Part shown: positions 20,009-29,677 of the stretch, in pieces
Layout: every line of letters begins with the position of its first letter
How positions within the stretch are numbered: the stretch's first letter is position 1
DNA from: a virus
DNA length: 64,000 nucleotides
IMG/VR virus record: IMGVR_UViG_3300049811_000692
Location: 32,001-96,000 of that record
Strand: one strand, 5' to 3'
Position numbers and translations under genes: made by a program
The notes under the pieces: generated by a model
Told to the model about the DNA's origin: nothing
What the model saw: the letters and a program-made list of their open reading frames with translations, nothing else
The model's database searches: none

Positions 20009-20440
20009 ATGGCCCAATCCCAGTGGGGCGCGCCCGCCGCCGAGACGAACATCGCCGGCACGGCGCTGAACGGCTTGATCGCGGGCACGACCAGCCTCCC
20101 CATGGAGTTCGAGAACGGCACGGGCCGCATCATCAACGCGCGCCTTCGCCTGGTGCTCGGCTCCATCACCCCGGCCGTGGGCGGCACCGTGGTGCTCCGC
20201 CTGGTGAATTGGGATGCGGCCAACAGCGTGTGGGAGGACTACAGCGCCCTGAGCGGCCATCACGAGTCCTACGCGATCGCGCTCATCCCCTCGGTCGGCG
20301 CGATCAAGCGCGCCATCCTCCCCATGGTGCGTATCTACCCGTGGAGGGTGGGCTTCGTGCTGACGAACAGCAGCGGCGTGAACCTCGCGGCGAGCGGGAA
20401 CGGCCTCTTCCTGAGCACCTTCCCCGAAGAGATGACCTAG
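20009..20440 (+). CDS. hypothetical virion protein
   Basis: GGAGG SD; 143 aa, tightly packed. Confidence 0.6.
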   Translation: MAQSQWGAPAAETNIAGTALNGLIAGTTSLPMEFENGTGRIINARLRLVLGSITPAVGGTVVLRLVNWDAANSVWEDYSALSGHHESYAIALIPSVGAIKRAILPMVRIYPWRVGFVLTNSSGVNLAASGNGLFLSTFPEEMT

Positions 20441-20446
20441 CCCCCC

Positions 20447-21256
20447 ATGCCGCGCGGCTTGAACCCACAGGACGACGCCCGCATCCAGGGGCGTCTGTGG
20501 ACCCCTGGCGCGGCCTTTCCTGACGTGGCCGCGTGGCACAGCGCGCTCAATATCGACCGCGCCACCATCACAAACTCCAAGTGGGCGGGGCTTGATAATC
20601 TGGCGGGGCATGCTCGCCTAGTACACACGGCCGATATTTCCCGGCCTCCCCTGGCCACCAATGCGCGGGGCCAGCCCATCATCAATCTTCCGGCTCACGG
20701 CACCTGGCTCTACCACGAGTCCCAGGTTCCGCTGCAAAGTTCCTTTTCTGTTTCGCTCTTGTTCCGCGCCGGCGCTGGTTCCGGCTCAAATGCGCGAGTT
20801 CTGGGCTTCGTGGGCAATTCGGCCGACATGGACTATAACCAAGCGAGCGCGATGGGACTGATCTATCGCAACTCGGCAACCACGTATGGTCTTTACTACA
20901 ACAATGGCGCGGTGGACCTGACATACACCCATGCGGATGGGTGGGGGATCATTACCGTGGAGGCGAGCGTGGCCGCCAATACGATCCGCGTCTTCTCGCG
21001 CGGCGCGGAGGTCGGGTCACGCTCCTGGAACGGGGGCAGCATCGGAGCCGGGCACTTCATTCTGGGGGCCTACCGCATCTCTTCGGCGACGGCGGAGGTG
21101 ATCGGCGAATACGGGGAGATGGTCGCGGTGCGGGGCGAGGCCGGGCGCCGACACCGTGAGCGCGTCGAGGGATACATGGCGTGGAGGTGGGGTGTCGCAG
21201 ACACGATGGCGGCCACACACCCGTACCGGACCCGCCCGCCCCTCCTCGGGGTGTGA
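20447..21256 (+). CDS. LamG/lectin-like virion protein
   Basis: LWTP...AAWHSA N-terminus and RERVEGYMAWRWG...HPY..RPP C-terminus; lower-GC core. Confidence 0.6.
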   Translation: MPRGLNPQDDARIQGRLWTPGAAFPDVAAWHSALNIDRATITNSKWAGLDNLAGHARLVHTADISRPPLATNARGQPIINLPAHGTWLYHESQVPLQSSFSVSLLFRAGAGSGSNARVLGFVGNSADMDYNQASAMGLIYRNSATTYGLYYNNGAVDLTYTHADGWGIITVEASVAANTIRVFSRGAEVGSRSWNGGSIGAGHFILGAYRISSATAEVIGEYGEMVAVRGEAGRRHRERVEGYMAWRWGVADTMAATHPYRTRPPLLGV

Positions 21257-21259
21257 CGC

Positions 21260-22399
21260 ATGACGCTCCGCCTTCGCTTCCCCACCCTCTTCTTCCCCTC
21301 ATCTGGCGCCGTCATCGAGCTGGCTGGCGCCGCGACCGCCTCGGGCGTCGCCGCCGGCGTCGTCCGCCCTGGTGCGCGGCTTGCTGGCGCCGCGACCGCC
21401 TCGGGCGTCGCCGCCGGTAATCTCCGGCCCGGCTCGCAGCTCGCGGGCGCCGCAACCGCGTCGGGCGTCGCCACCGGCGCCGTCCGGCCTGGTGCGCGGC
21501 TGGCTGGCGCCGGGACGGCCTCGGGTATCGCCGCAGGTGCCGTCCGGCCCGGCGCGCAGCTCGCGGGCGCCGCCGTCGCCGCGGCCAGCGCCACCGGCGA
21601 CCTGGCCGCGGGCCAGGCCGACCTCGCTGGCGCCGCGACCGCCTCGGGCGTCGCCACCGGCGTCGTCAGGCCTGGCGCGCGCCTTGCGGGCGCGGCCATC
21701 GCCGCTGCCAGCGCGACCGGCGATCTCGTCTCGACTCAGGCGGCCCTCGCCGGCGCCGCAACCGCCTCGGGCGTCGCCACCGGCGCGCTTCGCCCCGGCG
21801 CGCGGCTCGCGGGCGCCGCGACCAGCGCCGGCACGGCGGCGGGGCAGCTCCTCACGACGCCGGCCGGCTTGGCCGGCACCGCCACAGGATCCGGCGTCGC
21901 CGCAGGTGAGCTGCGCCCGGGCGTGCGCCTGGCCGGCGCGGCCGCCGCCACCGCGGTCGCGGACAGCGAAGTCCAGGTTGGGGCGCGCCTTGCCGCCACC
22001 GCCGCGGCCAGTGGCGTGGCCGCCGGCTCGCTCGCGGGTGTGGGCGCGCAGATGGCGGCCGCGGCGACCGCGACCGGCGTCGCCGCCGGCACGCTGCGCC
22101 GAGGCGTCGCGCTCGAGGGGGCTGCCACCGGCAGCGGGATCGCGGCCGGGTCCGTGCGAGTCGGTGTGCGGCTCGATGCCGAGGCCCTGGCGGCGCTGCA
22201 GGCGCTCGGGAACCTCCGCTCCGGCGCGCGCCTGGCCGGCGCCGCCACCGGCACGGCGACGGGCTTCTGCTCCTGGGGCCTCATCCCCCCGCCGCCTGAG
22301 ATCTGGCTCAACCCGCACGTCACGCTGGCGCCGGCCGCCACCGTGCGGACAGAACAGAAGAGGGCCGCGCTCGTCAGCGTTCGCCTCGAGGCTAGGTAG
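21260..22399 (+). CDS. Ala/Gly-rich repeat protein (~20-aa LAGAATASGVAxGxxRPGAx units)
   Basis: Tandem ~60-bp DNA repeats visible from 21320 to ~22260. Confidence 0.7.
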   Translation: MTLRLRFPTLFFPSSGAVIELAGAATASGVAAGVVRPGARLAGAATASGVAAGNLRPGSQLAGAATASGVATGAVRPGARLAGAGTASGIAAGAVRPGAQLAGAAVAAASATGDLAAGQADLAGAATASGVATGVVRPGARLAGAAIAAASATGDLVSTQAALAGAATASGVATGALRPGARLAGAATSAGTAAGQLLTTPAGLAGTATGSGVAAGELRPGVRLAGAAAATAVADSEVQVGARLAATAAASGVAAGSLAGVGAQMAAAATATGVAAGTLRRGVALEGAATGSGIAAGSVRVGVRLDAEALAALQALGNLRSGARLAGAATGTATGFCSWGLIPPPPEIWLNPHVTLAPAATVRTEQKRAALVSVRLEAR

Positions 22400-22407
22400 G
22401 AGCGAAG

Positions 22408-22683
22408 ATGATCGTCGGAGACACCATGCGAGTGCGGGTCGCCTTCCTCGACCAGGAAGGCCGCGCCATGGCGGCCTCGGGAATCGAGGTCCGGGTGAAG
22501 CCGCCGGCGGGCGGCGCGCAGATCTATCCGGCCGAGAGCCTGTCGCAGCCCGAGCCCGGAGTCGTTGTGTTCGACGTCGTGGCCCTGACGGCAGGGACCT
22601 ACGTGGCGCGCGCGAGCTGCACAGGCCCCGTGGCGGCGGCCGTCGAGACTTCGTGGGAGGTCGCCGCGTCGGCAGTCCTATGA
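22408..22683 (+). CDS. small Ig-like virion protein
   Basis: AGGAG SD; 91 aa. Confidence 0.6.
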   Translation: MIVGDTMRVRVAFLDQEGRAMAASGIEVRVKPPAGGAQIYPAESLSQPEPGVVVFDVVALTAGTYVARASCTGPVAAAVETSWEVAASAVL

Positions 22684-22742
22684 CCGCCCTGGACAACCAG
22701 GGCGGGCATACCGCCAAGCTCCTGAGAGAGCAGGAGCCATCC

Positions 22743-23012
22743 ATGGGGGAGTACGATCGCGAGTTGGGCAAGATCACGGGGCGGCTCGATGCCATCGACG
22801 CCCACCTCCGTGACGTGCTCGACGAGCTGCGCCGGGAGCGCGAAGCGCGGGTGGCGACGGCCCAGCGGCTCGCGGCCCTGGAGGCGAGCGGGAAGCTCAG
22901 CGGCGGCGGCGGCGCGCCGGGCGCGGGGCACACGGTCGTCGGCGCGGTGCTGATCCTGCTCGGCGCCGGCGTGGCGTGGATCACGAAGTTCTTGGTGGCG
23001 GGAGCTGGATGA
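22743..23012 (+). CDS. coiled-coil protein with C-terminal TM segment (lysis-region, XhlA-like)
   Basis: AGGAG SD; MGEYDRELGKI..RLDAID..L, C-terminal hydrophobic helix. Confidence 0.55.
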   Translation: MGEYDRELGKITGRLDAIDAHLRDVLDELRREREARVATAQRLAALEASGKLSGGGGAPGAGHTVVGAVLILLGAGVAWITKFLVAGAG

Positions 23013-23260
23013 TGCTGGACATTCTGATGCGCGAGCTGGGGCGGATGACCCGGGAGCAGAGCACCTGGACGGGTGTGGCGCTGCTCGCGATCATCATGCT
23101 GCTGCTCAAGGTGGTCTGGGGCGTGTCGGGCGACGAGGTGGCCCGCGAGGTGGCGGGCTTCGCCGCGGCGCTGGGAGGCCTCGCCGGCCTCGCCAAGATC
23201 ATCCTGCCCGACCGGGCCGCCCCGCCGCCCCAGAACGAAAAACCCCCCACCGCCGGTTAG
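23009..23260 (+). CDS. putative holin
   Basis: Two TM segments; REQSTWTG motif and charged C-terminus. Confidence 0.6.
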   Translation: MMLDILMRELGRMTREQSTWTGVALLAIIMLLLKVVWGVSGDEVAREVAGFAAALGGLAGLAKIILPDRAAPPPQNEKPPTAG

Positions 23261-23276
23261 GGCGATGGGGGGGGTG
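23238..23276. terminator. hairpin between convergent late and early genes
   Basis: AAAAACCCCCCACCGCC-GGTTAG-GGCGATGGGGGGGG inverted repeat; U-tract on minus strand. Confidence 0.6.
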
Positions 23277-23279
23277 GGC

Positions 23280-23930
23280 TCAGGAGGCCTTTCGGCGTCC
23301 TGCTAGAACGTCGAGCCGCGCGATGGCGGAATCGACCTTCTTGATGAGGGCGTCCCTCTTGCCGAGGAACTCCTTGGAGAGCGCCTCGAGCTCGGTCTTG
23401 AGGGCGGTCACTTCGGCGCGCATGCCGGCGACCTCGGGATCCACGCGGATCGGCCCGTAGGCCGCCTCGCGGATCGTCGCGACCCAGGACCAGGGGAGGT
23501 TGAGTTCCCCGCCGATCTTCTGGTCGCTGTAGCCATCCAAGTAGCAGCCGGCGTCGTCGTCGAAGACGGCGTCGAGCTTCTGCCGGATTTGGAGGCGCTG
23601 CGCGCCGGATGGATTCCGCTCGGCGGGCGGGTTGGTGTTGGCGGCCACGGGGGCCTCCTCAGTTAGGGGTTGTGTGGAAGGTGCTGCGTCACCGTGCGCG
23701 CGGAGAGCGCGGGCGGCTTGGCAGGCTGGGCAGCGGGCGTCGGAGGCGCGATTGGGGTGGGCAAGCCACCCTTGCTTCACGGCCTTCTTCGCCATGGTCT
23801 CGGGGTTCATGGGCCCGTAAGGGATCCGAACATCGAGGGTTGTCCCGCAATCGTTGCAGGTGAAACGAGCGATGGGCACGAACCGCCCACCGTCCGCCTG
23901 GACGCTGCCCTTCTCAAAGCCAAGGGCCAT
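23280..23930 (-). CDS. Zn-finger/coiled-coil hypothetical protein
   Basis: CNDC...CPAC; own promoter at ~23976-24004. Confidence 0.65.
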   Translation of the reverse strand: MALGFEKGSVQADGGRFVPIARFTCNDCGTTLDVRIPYGPMNPETMAKKAVKQGWLAHPNRASDARCPACQAARALRAHGDAAPSTQPLTEEAPVAANTNPPAERNPSGAQRLQIRQKLDAVFDDDAGCYLDGYSDQKIGGELNLPWSWVATIREAAYGPIRVDPEVAGMRAEVTALKTELEALSKEFLGKRDALIKKVDSAIARLDVLAGRRKAS

Positions 23931-23975
23931 GTGAGAGGGCTCCATGTTGCCGGGCCAATTCCCGGACAACGGCCC

Positions 23976-24004
23976 ATTATACCACACTTAAATGTGATTG
24001 ACAC
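23976..24004 (-). promoter_or_regulatory. sigma70-type promoter with operator in spacer
   Basis: GTGTCA-N17-TATAAT with TG extension; CACA-N6-TGTG at 23983-23996. Confidence 0.65.
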
Positions 24005-24330
24005 ACATCAATCAGCGCGCCCGCCGGGGCGGCGGGGTCGTCGCCACGCAGGCCGCCGGGAACCAGAGGCGGTCGCGGGCGAGGGTCAGCTCGACCGCCT
24101 GATGGGCCGCGAGGCAGCTCTCGGCCGCGGTCTCCCGGACCTGGCACTCGAGGCGCACCCCGCTGGCAGGGGGCTGGCAGACGTAGAAGAGGAGGACGAA
24201 GACGGCTGTCATTGGGCGACCCCACCACACATCTCGATGTGCGTAAAGTCAGGGAAGGGAATCGGCGGGGCGCCGGATCGAGGCGACGGAACGCCACCAA
24301 TAAAATCCGCGACTTGCGGCTTTTCCGGCG

Positions 24331-24378
<48 letters not shown>

Positions 24379-24389
24379 AAATCAAGGCC

Positions 24390-25475
24390 TTACGGGTCGT
24401 CATTTCCGGAGTTCCGTCGCCGGTTCCGTCGCCCTTCCGCCGCCACCCGCGCCTCGGCCGCCCGCTCGAACTGCTCGGGCGTGAAGCGGACGTACCGCCG
24501 GCGCATCTGGGGCGTCTTGTGGCCCCCGTGGCTGCTCAGCCCGATCTCATCCGCCCCCGAATCCGCCAGCTCCGTCAGCCCGGTCGCCCGCAGGTCCCGG
24601 AACTGCAGGTCGTCCGGCACGCCAGCCGCCTTGGCGACCTCCCGGAAGACGTGTCGGAAGTGGTCCTGGCGCCAGGGGCGCTTCGTCGCCTCGCAGATCA
24701 CGACCTGCACGCCCGTCCGGGGCGTCGCAGCGAGCGCGGCGGCGAGGTCGGGGTAGGCGCCGGCCACCAAGGGGATGACCTCGCCCGTCTTGCGGGTCCC
24801 CACCTGGCGCTGGTCGAGCGCGGTCCACGTCAGGCCGATCACGTCGCCCTGGCGCAGGGTCGCCCGCCAGGAGAGCAGCACCGCCAGCGCCATGCTCGGC
24901 CAGCCCATCTCCCGCGCCGCGGCGATCACCGCCTCGATCTGCTCGGCGCTCCAGCGCTGCTTGCGGGAGGCGATGCCCTGAAGCTCCATCCGGGCCCAGG
25001 GGTTGTCCCGCCGGTCCACATGGTCCCGCCGGCCGCCCCAGTTCCACACCCGCCGCGCGTACCGGCAGGCGTAGTGCGCGGTTGCCTTCCCGTGGTCGAG
25101 GCACAGGGCCTCGTACAGCCGATCCGCGTGGCGCGGCTTGAGGGCGCCCGCCGGGAAGCCGCCCAGCGCCACGCCCCCGACCGGCAGGCCGCATAGCAGC
25201 CGGCCCAGCCACAGGTAGTCCTTCTTCGTGGAGGGGGCGAGGCGCCCGAATCGCTCATCCTGCTCGAACAGCGTGAACAGCCAGCGCACCGAGCCCGGTG
25301 CCGGCCCTTGGCCCTTCTGCAGCTCTGCGTTGATCTGCCGCGCCAGCGCCCAGGCGACCGTCTGATCGGCGCCGAGCGCCCGAGGCTTCATCTGGCCCCG
25401 GAGCTGCCGGGGCGGCTCCCAGAACCAGCGGCCCTTCCTCTGGATGGTGTGGGGTGGGCGGTCGGTCTCGCTCAT
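24390..25475 (-). CDS. int: tyrosine integrase
   Basis: LRQGDV (R), FRDLRAT (H/R-x-x-R box), GHKT..M..RY catalytic motifs; adjacent to tRNA-derived att. Confidence 0.9.
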   Translation of the reverse strand: MSETDRPPHTIQRKGRWFWEPPRQLRGQMKPRALGADQTVAWALARQINAELQKGQGPAPGSVRWLFTLFEQDERFGRLAPSTKKDYLWLGRLLCGLPVGGVALGGFPAGALKPRHADRLYEALCLDHGKATAHYACRYARRVWNWGGRRDHVDRRDNPWARMELQGIASRKQRWSAEQIEAVIAAAREMGWPSMALAVLLSWRATLRQGDVIGLTWTALDQRQVGTRKTGEVIPLVAGAYPDLAAALAATPRTGVQVVICEATKRPWRQDHFRHVFREVAKAAGVPDDLQFRDLRATGLTELADSGADEIGLSSHGGHKTPQMRRRYVRFTPEQFERAAEARVAAEGRRNRRRNSGNDDP

Positions 25476-25484
25476 CGGTCCCCC

Positions 25485-25730
25485 TCAGCGGAGGCCGAGC
25501 GCCCGATCCAGGAGGCGCTCGGCGCCCTCCACGGTAGCCCCGGGACCATGGGGGGTGTCCAGGGCACGCTCCACTGCCGCCCGGCTCCAGCGCGCCCGGA
25601 GGTCGTCAGGAGACACCCCCCAGAGCGGCATTGGGAGCTGCCCCTCCTGCATGCGCGCATGCAGCTCCTTCGCCGTCACCTGGAGGTGCCGGAGCAGCTG
25701 CGCGCGCGTGAAGGTGCCGGGTGTCTCCAT
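25485..25730 (-). CDS. excisionase/AlpA-like HTH protein
   Basis: 81 aa, ...GQLPMP...RWSRAAVERALD; immediately upstream of int. Confidence 0.65.
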   Translation of the reverse strand: METPGTFTRAQLLRHLQVTAKELHARMQEGQLPMPLWGVSPDDLRARWSRAAVERALDTPHGPGATVEGAERLLDRALGLR

Positions 25731-26323
25731 CAGGCCGAGAGCTGGAACACCAGATCGAGCGGCAGGGGCTCGTCGCCGCTGTACCTCATGCCCATGCGCC
25801 GAGGTCGGGGCACGACCCGTTCCGCCTCCCGCGCCAGATCGGCGGCGGCCCGCCAGGACGAGATGGTGTTCGTCTTGGCGTGCTCCGCGCAAAACAGCCG
25901 CCGCGGCGACCCCGTGGGGGCGTCGCAGTACCGCTGGTAGAGCGGGTCGCGCCGCCCCGCCTCGCCCCACAGAGGATGCCGGCAGCAGCCCTCGCCGCGC
26001 GTGGCGATGGCCGTCGGCGCGCGCGGCGGCGGCGAAGCGAGCGGCGGGGGCGCGGTAGGCCCCCGGGCCGCCGGCGCCGTCCGCGCGGGCGCCCTTGTGG
26101 CGGCGTTGGCGCCTTGCTCGCGCCCCTTCCGGCGCAGCGTTCCCCGGATGTGGCCCTTGAACTGCCCGCGGCACGGGAGGCCAAGCCGCCGCGCGCGGCC
26201 GGCCACCGTTCCGGGGGAGATGCCCATCGCCAGACCGATGGTCGTGATCGTGTGCGAGGGATCGTTCCACAGCCTGGCGAAGCGATCGATCATCTCCGCC
26301 GGCCAGGGCTTCGGCGCGCCCAT
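25730..26323 (-). CDS. gcrA: GcrA-like cell-cycle regulator
   Basis: W......LW...T...IG..MGIS..TVAGRARRLGL HTH and C-terminal CRHPLW...YC......FCAEH. Confidence 0.8.
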   Translation of the reverse strand: MGAPKPWPAEMIDRFARLWNDPSHTITTIGLAMGISPGTVAGRARRLGLPCRGQFKGHIRGTLRRKGREQGANAATRAPARTAPAARGPTAPPPLASPPPRAPTAIATRGEGCCRHPLWGEAGRRDPLYQRYCDAPTGSPRRLFCAEHAKTNTISSWRAAADLAREAERVVPRPRRMGMRYSGDEPLPLDLVFQLSA

Positions 26324-27294
26324 CAGCGCAGCGGCGAGGGGGCCGTGCCGTGGAAGATCGGCGTCGTCTCGCCGACCGTCTCCCGGACCACTCGCACCAC
26401 GTCCGCGAAGGCCGCCTTGAGGGTGAGGTCCGGCCGGTGCAGGAGCGGCGCGAAGAACAGCCCGCCTCCCTGGGCCCGGAAGCGCAGCCGCACCGCGATG
26501 GTGAAGGGCGGCGCCCCCTCAAACACGGGGATGGCCAGGAGGAAGGCCCGCGGGATGCGAACCAGATCCTTGCCGCCGAGCTTGTTGGTGTAGGTCGCCT
26601 CCTCCTCGCCGGTCGAGAGGTTGGTCTTGCCGCCGTAGGTCTGGTCGGACGTCACCTCGAGATCGGCCGCCAGCTGGCGCAGCTGGGCGTGGTCCGCGAA
26701 GGCGACGGCGCCCACCGCCTGCAGGGTGACCTTCAGGCGCTCGGCCTCGTCGGCGCTCGGGGCGAAGATGTCGGCGTAGCGGTCCTCGATCAGCGCAGCG
26801 AAGGTGGCCTGCCCCACGTACTGGCCCGAGGCCTTCGTCCAGAACTGCCAGCTCTCGGAGAGGGTGAGGGGCAGGAACGCGCGGTACTCCTGCCAGCGCG
26901 GGCCGATCGAGTCGAGCTCGGCGAGGTCGGCGCCGGACGGCGCGTGGTCGATGATCGCCGTGAGGCCGGGCTTGCCCTCGTCCGTGTAGATCACGCTGTC
27001 CTCGTCGCGCTGCCGCACCACCCAGGCCGCGAAGCAGGCCGGGTTGTGCAGCACCGTCGTGCCGCGCATGGCGTCGGGGGCCAGGCCGGCCTTCTCGATC
27101 TCGGCGGTGACGTTCTTCACCTGCTGGTCGGCGCGCGCGACCAGGAAGCTTGCGTTGTCCACCTGCATGAAGCGCGGCGCCATGTGGCGCTCCGCGAAAG
27201 CGAGGGTCGCCTTCACGGCCAGGGGCGCCTGATCGGCCAGGGCGCCGCTGGTGTCGTCCTCGTTGAGGGGCTCGGTGACGTCGGTGGTGTTCAT
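26323..27294 (-). CDS. YfdQ/DUF2303-family protein
   Basis: AIIDH, W..YRA, FA.LIED, IP..F.LAIPVFEG...RLRFR. Confidence 0.8.
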   Translation of the reverse strand: MNTTDVTEPLNEDDTSGALADQAPLAVKATLAFAERHMAPRFMQVDNASFLVARADQQVKNVTAEIEKAGLAPDAMRGTTVLHNPACFAAWVVRQRDEDSVIYTDEGKPGLTAIIDHAPSGADLAELDSIGPRWQEYRAFLPLTLSESWQFWTKASGQYVGQATFAALIEDRYADIFAPSADEAERLKVTLQAVGAVAFADHAQLRQLAADLEVTSDQTYGGKTNLSTGEEEATYTNKLGGKDLVRIPRAFLLAIPVFEGAPPFTIAVRLRFRAQGGGLFFAPLLHRPDLTLKAAFADVVRVVRETVGETTPIFHGTAPSPLR

Positions 27295-27331
27295 GCTGCT
27301 CTCTCTGGGTTGAGGGGGTGAGGGACGGCGC

Positions 27332-27676
27332 TCAGCCGCCGTCCACGATGCGGGCGCGCTGCGTCGCCTCGACCACGCGCAGCTCCATCTCGGTCTGGCG
27401 CGGGTCCTTGCGGGTGAGGTTGTTGTCCGGCGTCGCGTACATGATCGTCGCCGCCGGCGTGATCTTCGGGGTCTTCACGTCGATGTCCGTGCCGACCTCG
27501 ATCGCACCCGAGCGCTTCGCGAGCGTGAGGGTGAGCTTGATCTTGGCGACCGGCGCCTTGGCGGTTCGGCCGTCCGCGTTCTCGACGGAGGCGACCGCCT
27601 CGGTCAGCGAGTCGTTGAGGCGCCCGAGCACCTCGCCGTAGCCGAGCTCGCGCAGGAAAGTGACGAAGTCAGGCAT
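27332..27676 (-). CDS. DUF2303 partner protein
   Basis: YATPDNNLTRKDPRQ.EM.L C-terminus, usual neighbour of YfdQ. Confidence 0.7.
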   Translation of the reverse strand: MPDFVTFLRELGYGEVLGRLNDSLTEAVASVENADGRTAKAPVAKIKLTLTLAKRSGAIEVGTDIDVKTPKITPAATIMYATPDNNLTRKDPRQTEMELRVVEATQRARIVDGG

Positions 27677-27986
27677 CGCTCCACTCCAAAATGGCCCTCA
27701 TGGCCGGGTTGATGGACACGCACACACGCGCGTGGCGGCGACGGGAGGCGCAAATCCAGGCGCCCTCCGCGAGGCAGAACGGCGTCTCGCCCAGGATGAG
27801 CGTCCGCTCGGGCGCCCCCCGCGTGCGGATCCGGAAGACCATGAGCTTCGGGTCCAGCTCATCGAGCCGCTCGAACTGCATGTCGTGCTGCTGGCCGCCC
27901 GCGCGGTAGGACATGCGGTGCCCGGGCTTGATCGCCTGGCACTTCCAGCCGTGCTGCGGGGGCGAGGGAGGGCGCCGGTCAGTCAC
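27669..27986 (-). CDS. hypothetical protein
   Basis: Overlapping operon arrangement. Confidence 0.55.
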   Translation of the reverse strand: MTDRRPPSPPQHGWKCQAIKPGHRMSYRAGGQQHDMQFERLDELDPKLMVFRIRTRGAPERTLILGETPFCLAEGAWICASRRRHARVCVSINPAMRAILEWSDA

Positions 27987-28179
27987 GGCTCATCGCGATC
28001 GTCTTGGCGCGGAAGGCCTCGCGGGCCTCCTTCAGCATGCGGTCGAGGATCTCGCCCGGCACGCCCGCCACGGCGGCGCGCTCGGCCGCGGCCACCATGG
28101 AGCGCCGGCACGACAGGATCGCGCGCGACAGGCGCCCCTGCTCGCTCTCGCGGATCGAGAGCTCCTGCATCGGCCCCAT
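27979..28179 (-). CDS. hypothetical protein
   Basis: TGATG coupling to upstream gene. Confidence 0.5.
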   Translation of the reverse strand: MGPMQELSIRESEQGRLSRAILSCRRSMVAAAERAAVAGVPGEILDRMLKEAREAFRAKTIAMSRD

Positions 28180-28541
28180 CAGACGCGGCTCCCTTGGCGC
28201 TGGTTGGCCTGGAAGGTCCGCCACACCTCGATCCGGAGCTCGTGGTAGCGGCGCATGTGCTGCAGCGTGACCTTGCGCGTGATGGCCTCCTCCCGGGCTT
28301 TCAGCGCGCGCTCGTAGGCGGCGCTGGTGAGGCCCTCGGCCTCGCGCCGGTCCTGCGAGCGCTCCTCGGAGGTCAGGACCACCGAGGCGCGGACGCGCCG
28401 CAGGTTGTCCTCGGCCGTCTCGACCAGGGCGACGGCGCGCGCCGCCTCCTCGGCGGTGGAGAGCAGGTACTCGAGGCTCTCCTCCACGTCCTGCTCGTCC
28501 ACGGCGTCGCGGATGACGCGGCCCGGCTGGTCACGCGGCAT
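28179..28541 (-). CDS. coiled-coil protein adjacent to ERF
   Basis: ...IEVWRTFQANQR C-terminus. Confidence 0.6.
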   Translation of the reverse strand: MPRDQPGRVIRDAVDEQDVEESLEYLLSTAEEAARAVALVETAEDNLRRVRASVVLTSEERSQDRREAEGLTSAAYERALKAREEAITRKVTLQHMRRYHELRIEVWRTFQANQRQGSRV

Positions 28542-29319
28542 CGGGCACCTCCGGCCACGTCACGCCCTCGATCGCCGGCGGGGCATCGCCCACCAGCGCG
28601 ACGTAGGAATCGAAGACGCTCCCGATGTGGACGTCCGACATGACCTGCAGCCACGCAGCGCGCTTTCGGAGCGCCTCCTCGGCCTTCTCCGCCTCACGCA
28701 TCTCCAGGCGGAGCTTCTGGACCATCTCGTGCGGCCGCGGCTCTGCCTTCTCGGCCTCGGGCGCCGCGTCGGCGGCCCCGGCCGGCTCGGGTGCGACGGC
28801 CCGGGCGCGCGGCTTGACGACCTTGGGCTTGCTGGCCTGGGCCGCGCGCGCGATGCCCCCATCGTCCTCCTCGTCCTGTGGCGCGAGGCCCAGGAAGAGC
28901 GCCAGGCCGTAGCGGCGCATGTAGGTCAGGCGCGAGCCGGCCACCTGGGGGTCGGGATCGACCGGCAGCGCGAAGGGCAGCGCCCCGCAGCGCCACTGGC
29001 CGCTCTCGACGTGGGTGAGGCGGGTGACCATCAGGCCGGTGCGCTGGCCGACGATCAGCACGTCCTGCTCGAGCAGCAGGCCCTCCGCGACGAGTGCCGG
29101 CTCGACGGCGGTCAGGTGTGCGGTCAGGTCGGCGTAGCGGTAGGTCCCCTGGGGCGCGCCCGTCTGGTCGTCGATCGAGACGCCGACGGCGCCACGCCGG
29201 ATCGGCTGGAACGCCGCCTTCGCCCGCATGAGGGCGGGGAGCAGCTTCTCCTGCTCGCGGCTCTGGCGCTGCCCGAAGTCAGACAGCGGCAGGGTCATCG
29301 GGAGGAAGGCCTCAGACAT
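28531..29319 (-). CDS. ERF-family ssDNA annealing protein
   Basis: YRYADL, LTHVESGQW, GSRLTYMRRYGL...DEEDDG. Confidence 0.88.
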   Translation of the reverse strand: MSEAFLPMTLPLSDFGQRQSREQEKLLPALMRAKAAFQPIRRGAVGVSIDDQTGAPQGTYRYADLTAHLTAVEPALVAEGLLLEQDVLIVGQRTGLMVTRLTHVESGQWRCGALPFALPVDPDPQVAGSRLTYMRRYGLALFLGLAPQDEEDDGGIARAAQASKPKVVKPRARAVAPEPAGAADAAPEAEKAEPRPHEMVQKLRLEMREAEKAEEALRKRAAWLQVMSDVHIGSVFDSYVALVGDAPPAIEGVTWPEVPDAA

Positions 29320-29677
29320 GGCCGTTGCCCCCGAACAGCGGGGCGGTGGCCGTGCCGCGCGGGAGCGGGCGGCTCCGGTCGTTCGGCCGCGCCTTCAGCC
29401 CGAGGGTGGAGGTCGCCCGGTAGTAGATCGAGGCGTGGGAGCGCCCGAGGATGCGGGCGATCTCCTCGATCGGCTTCTCCTCGCCCCACAGCTTGGCGAG
29501 CAGCTCGTCATCCGCAGGCAGGAAGTGCCGGCGGGTGGCGGGCGGGGGCCTGGGGGCGGCGGCCTCGGTCTCGGCGGCGAGGATCTGCAGCGCCATGCGC
29601 AGCCCCTTCGCGACATCGGCGTGGCCGAGCTCCTCGGACGTCTCGGCGGCGAGGCGGATCTTCTCGCTGGCCTGCAT
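29312..29677 (-). CDS. small HTH protein
   Basis: DDELLAKLW..EKPIEEIARILGRS..SI. Confidence 0.6.
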   Translation of the reverse strand: MQASEKIRLAAETSEELGHADVAKGLRMALQILAAETEAAAPRPPPATRRHFLPADDELLAKLWGEEKPIEEIARILGRSHASIYYRATSTLGLKARPNDRSRPLPRGTATAPLFGGNGHV

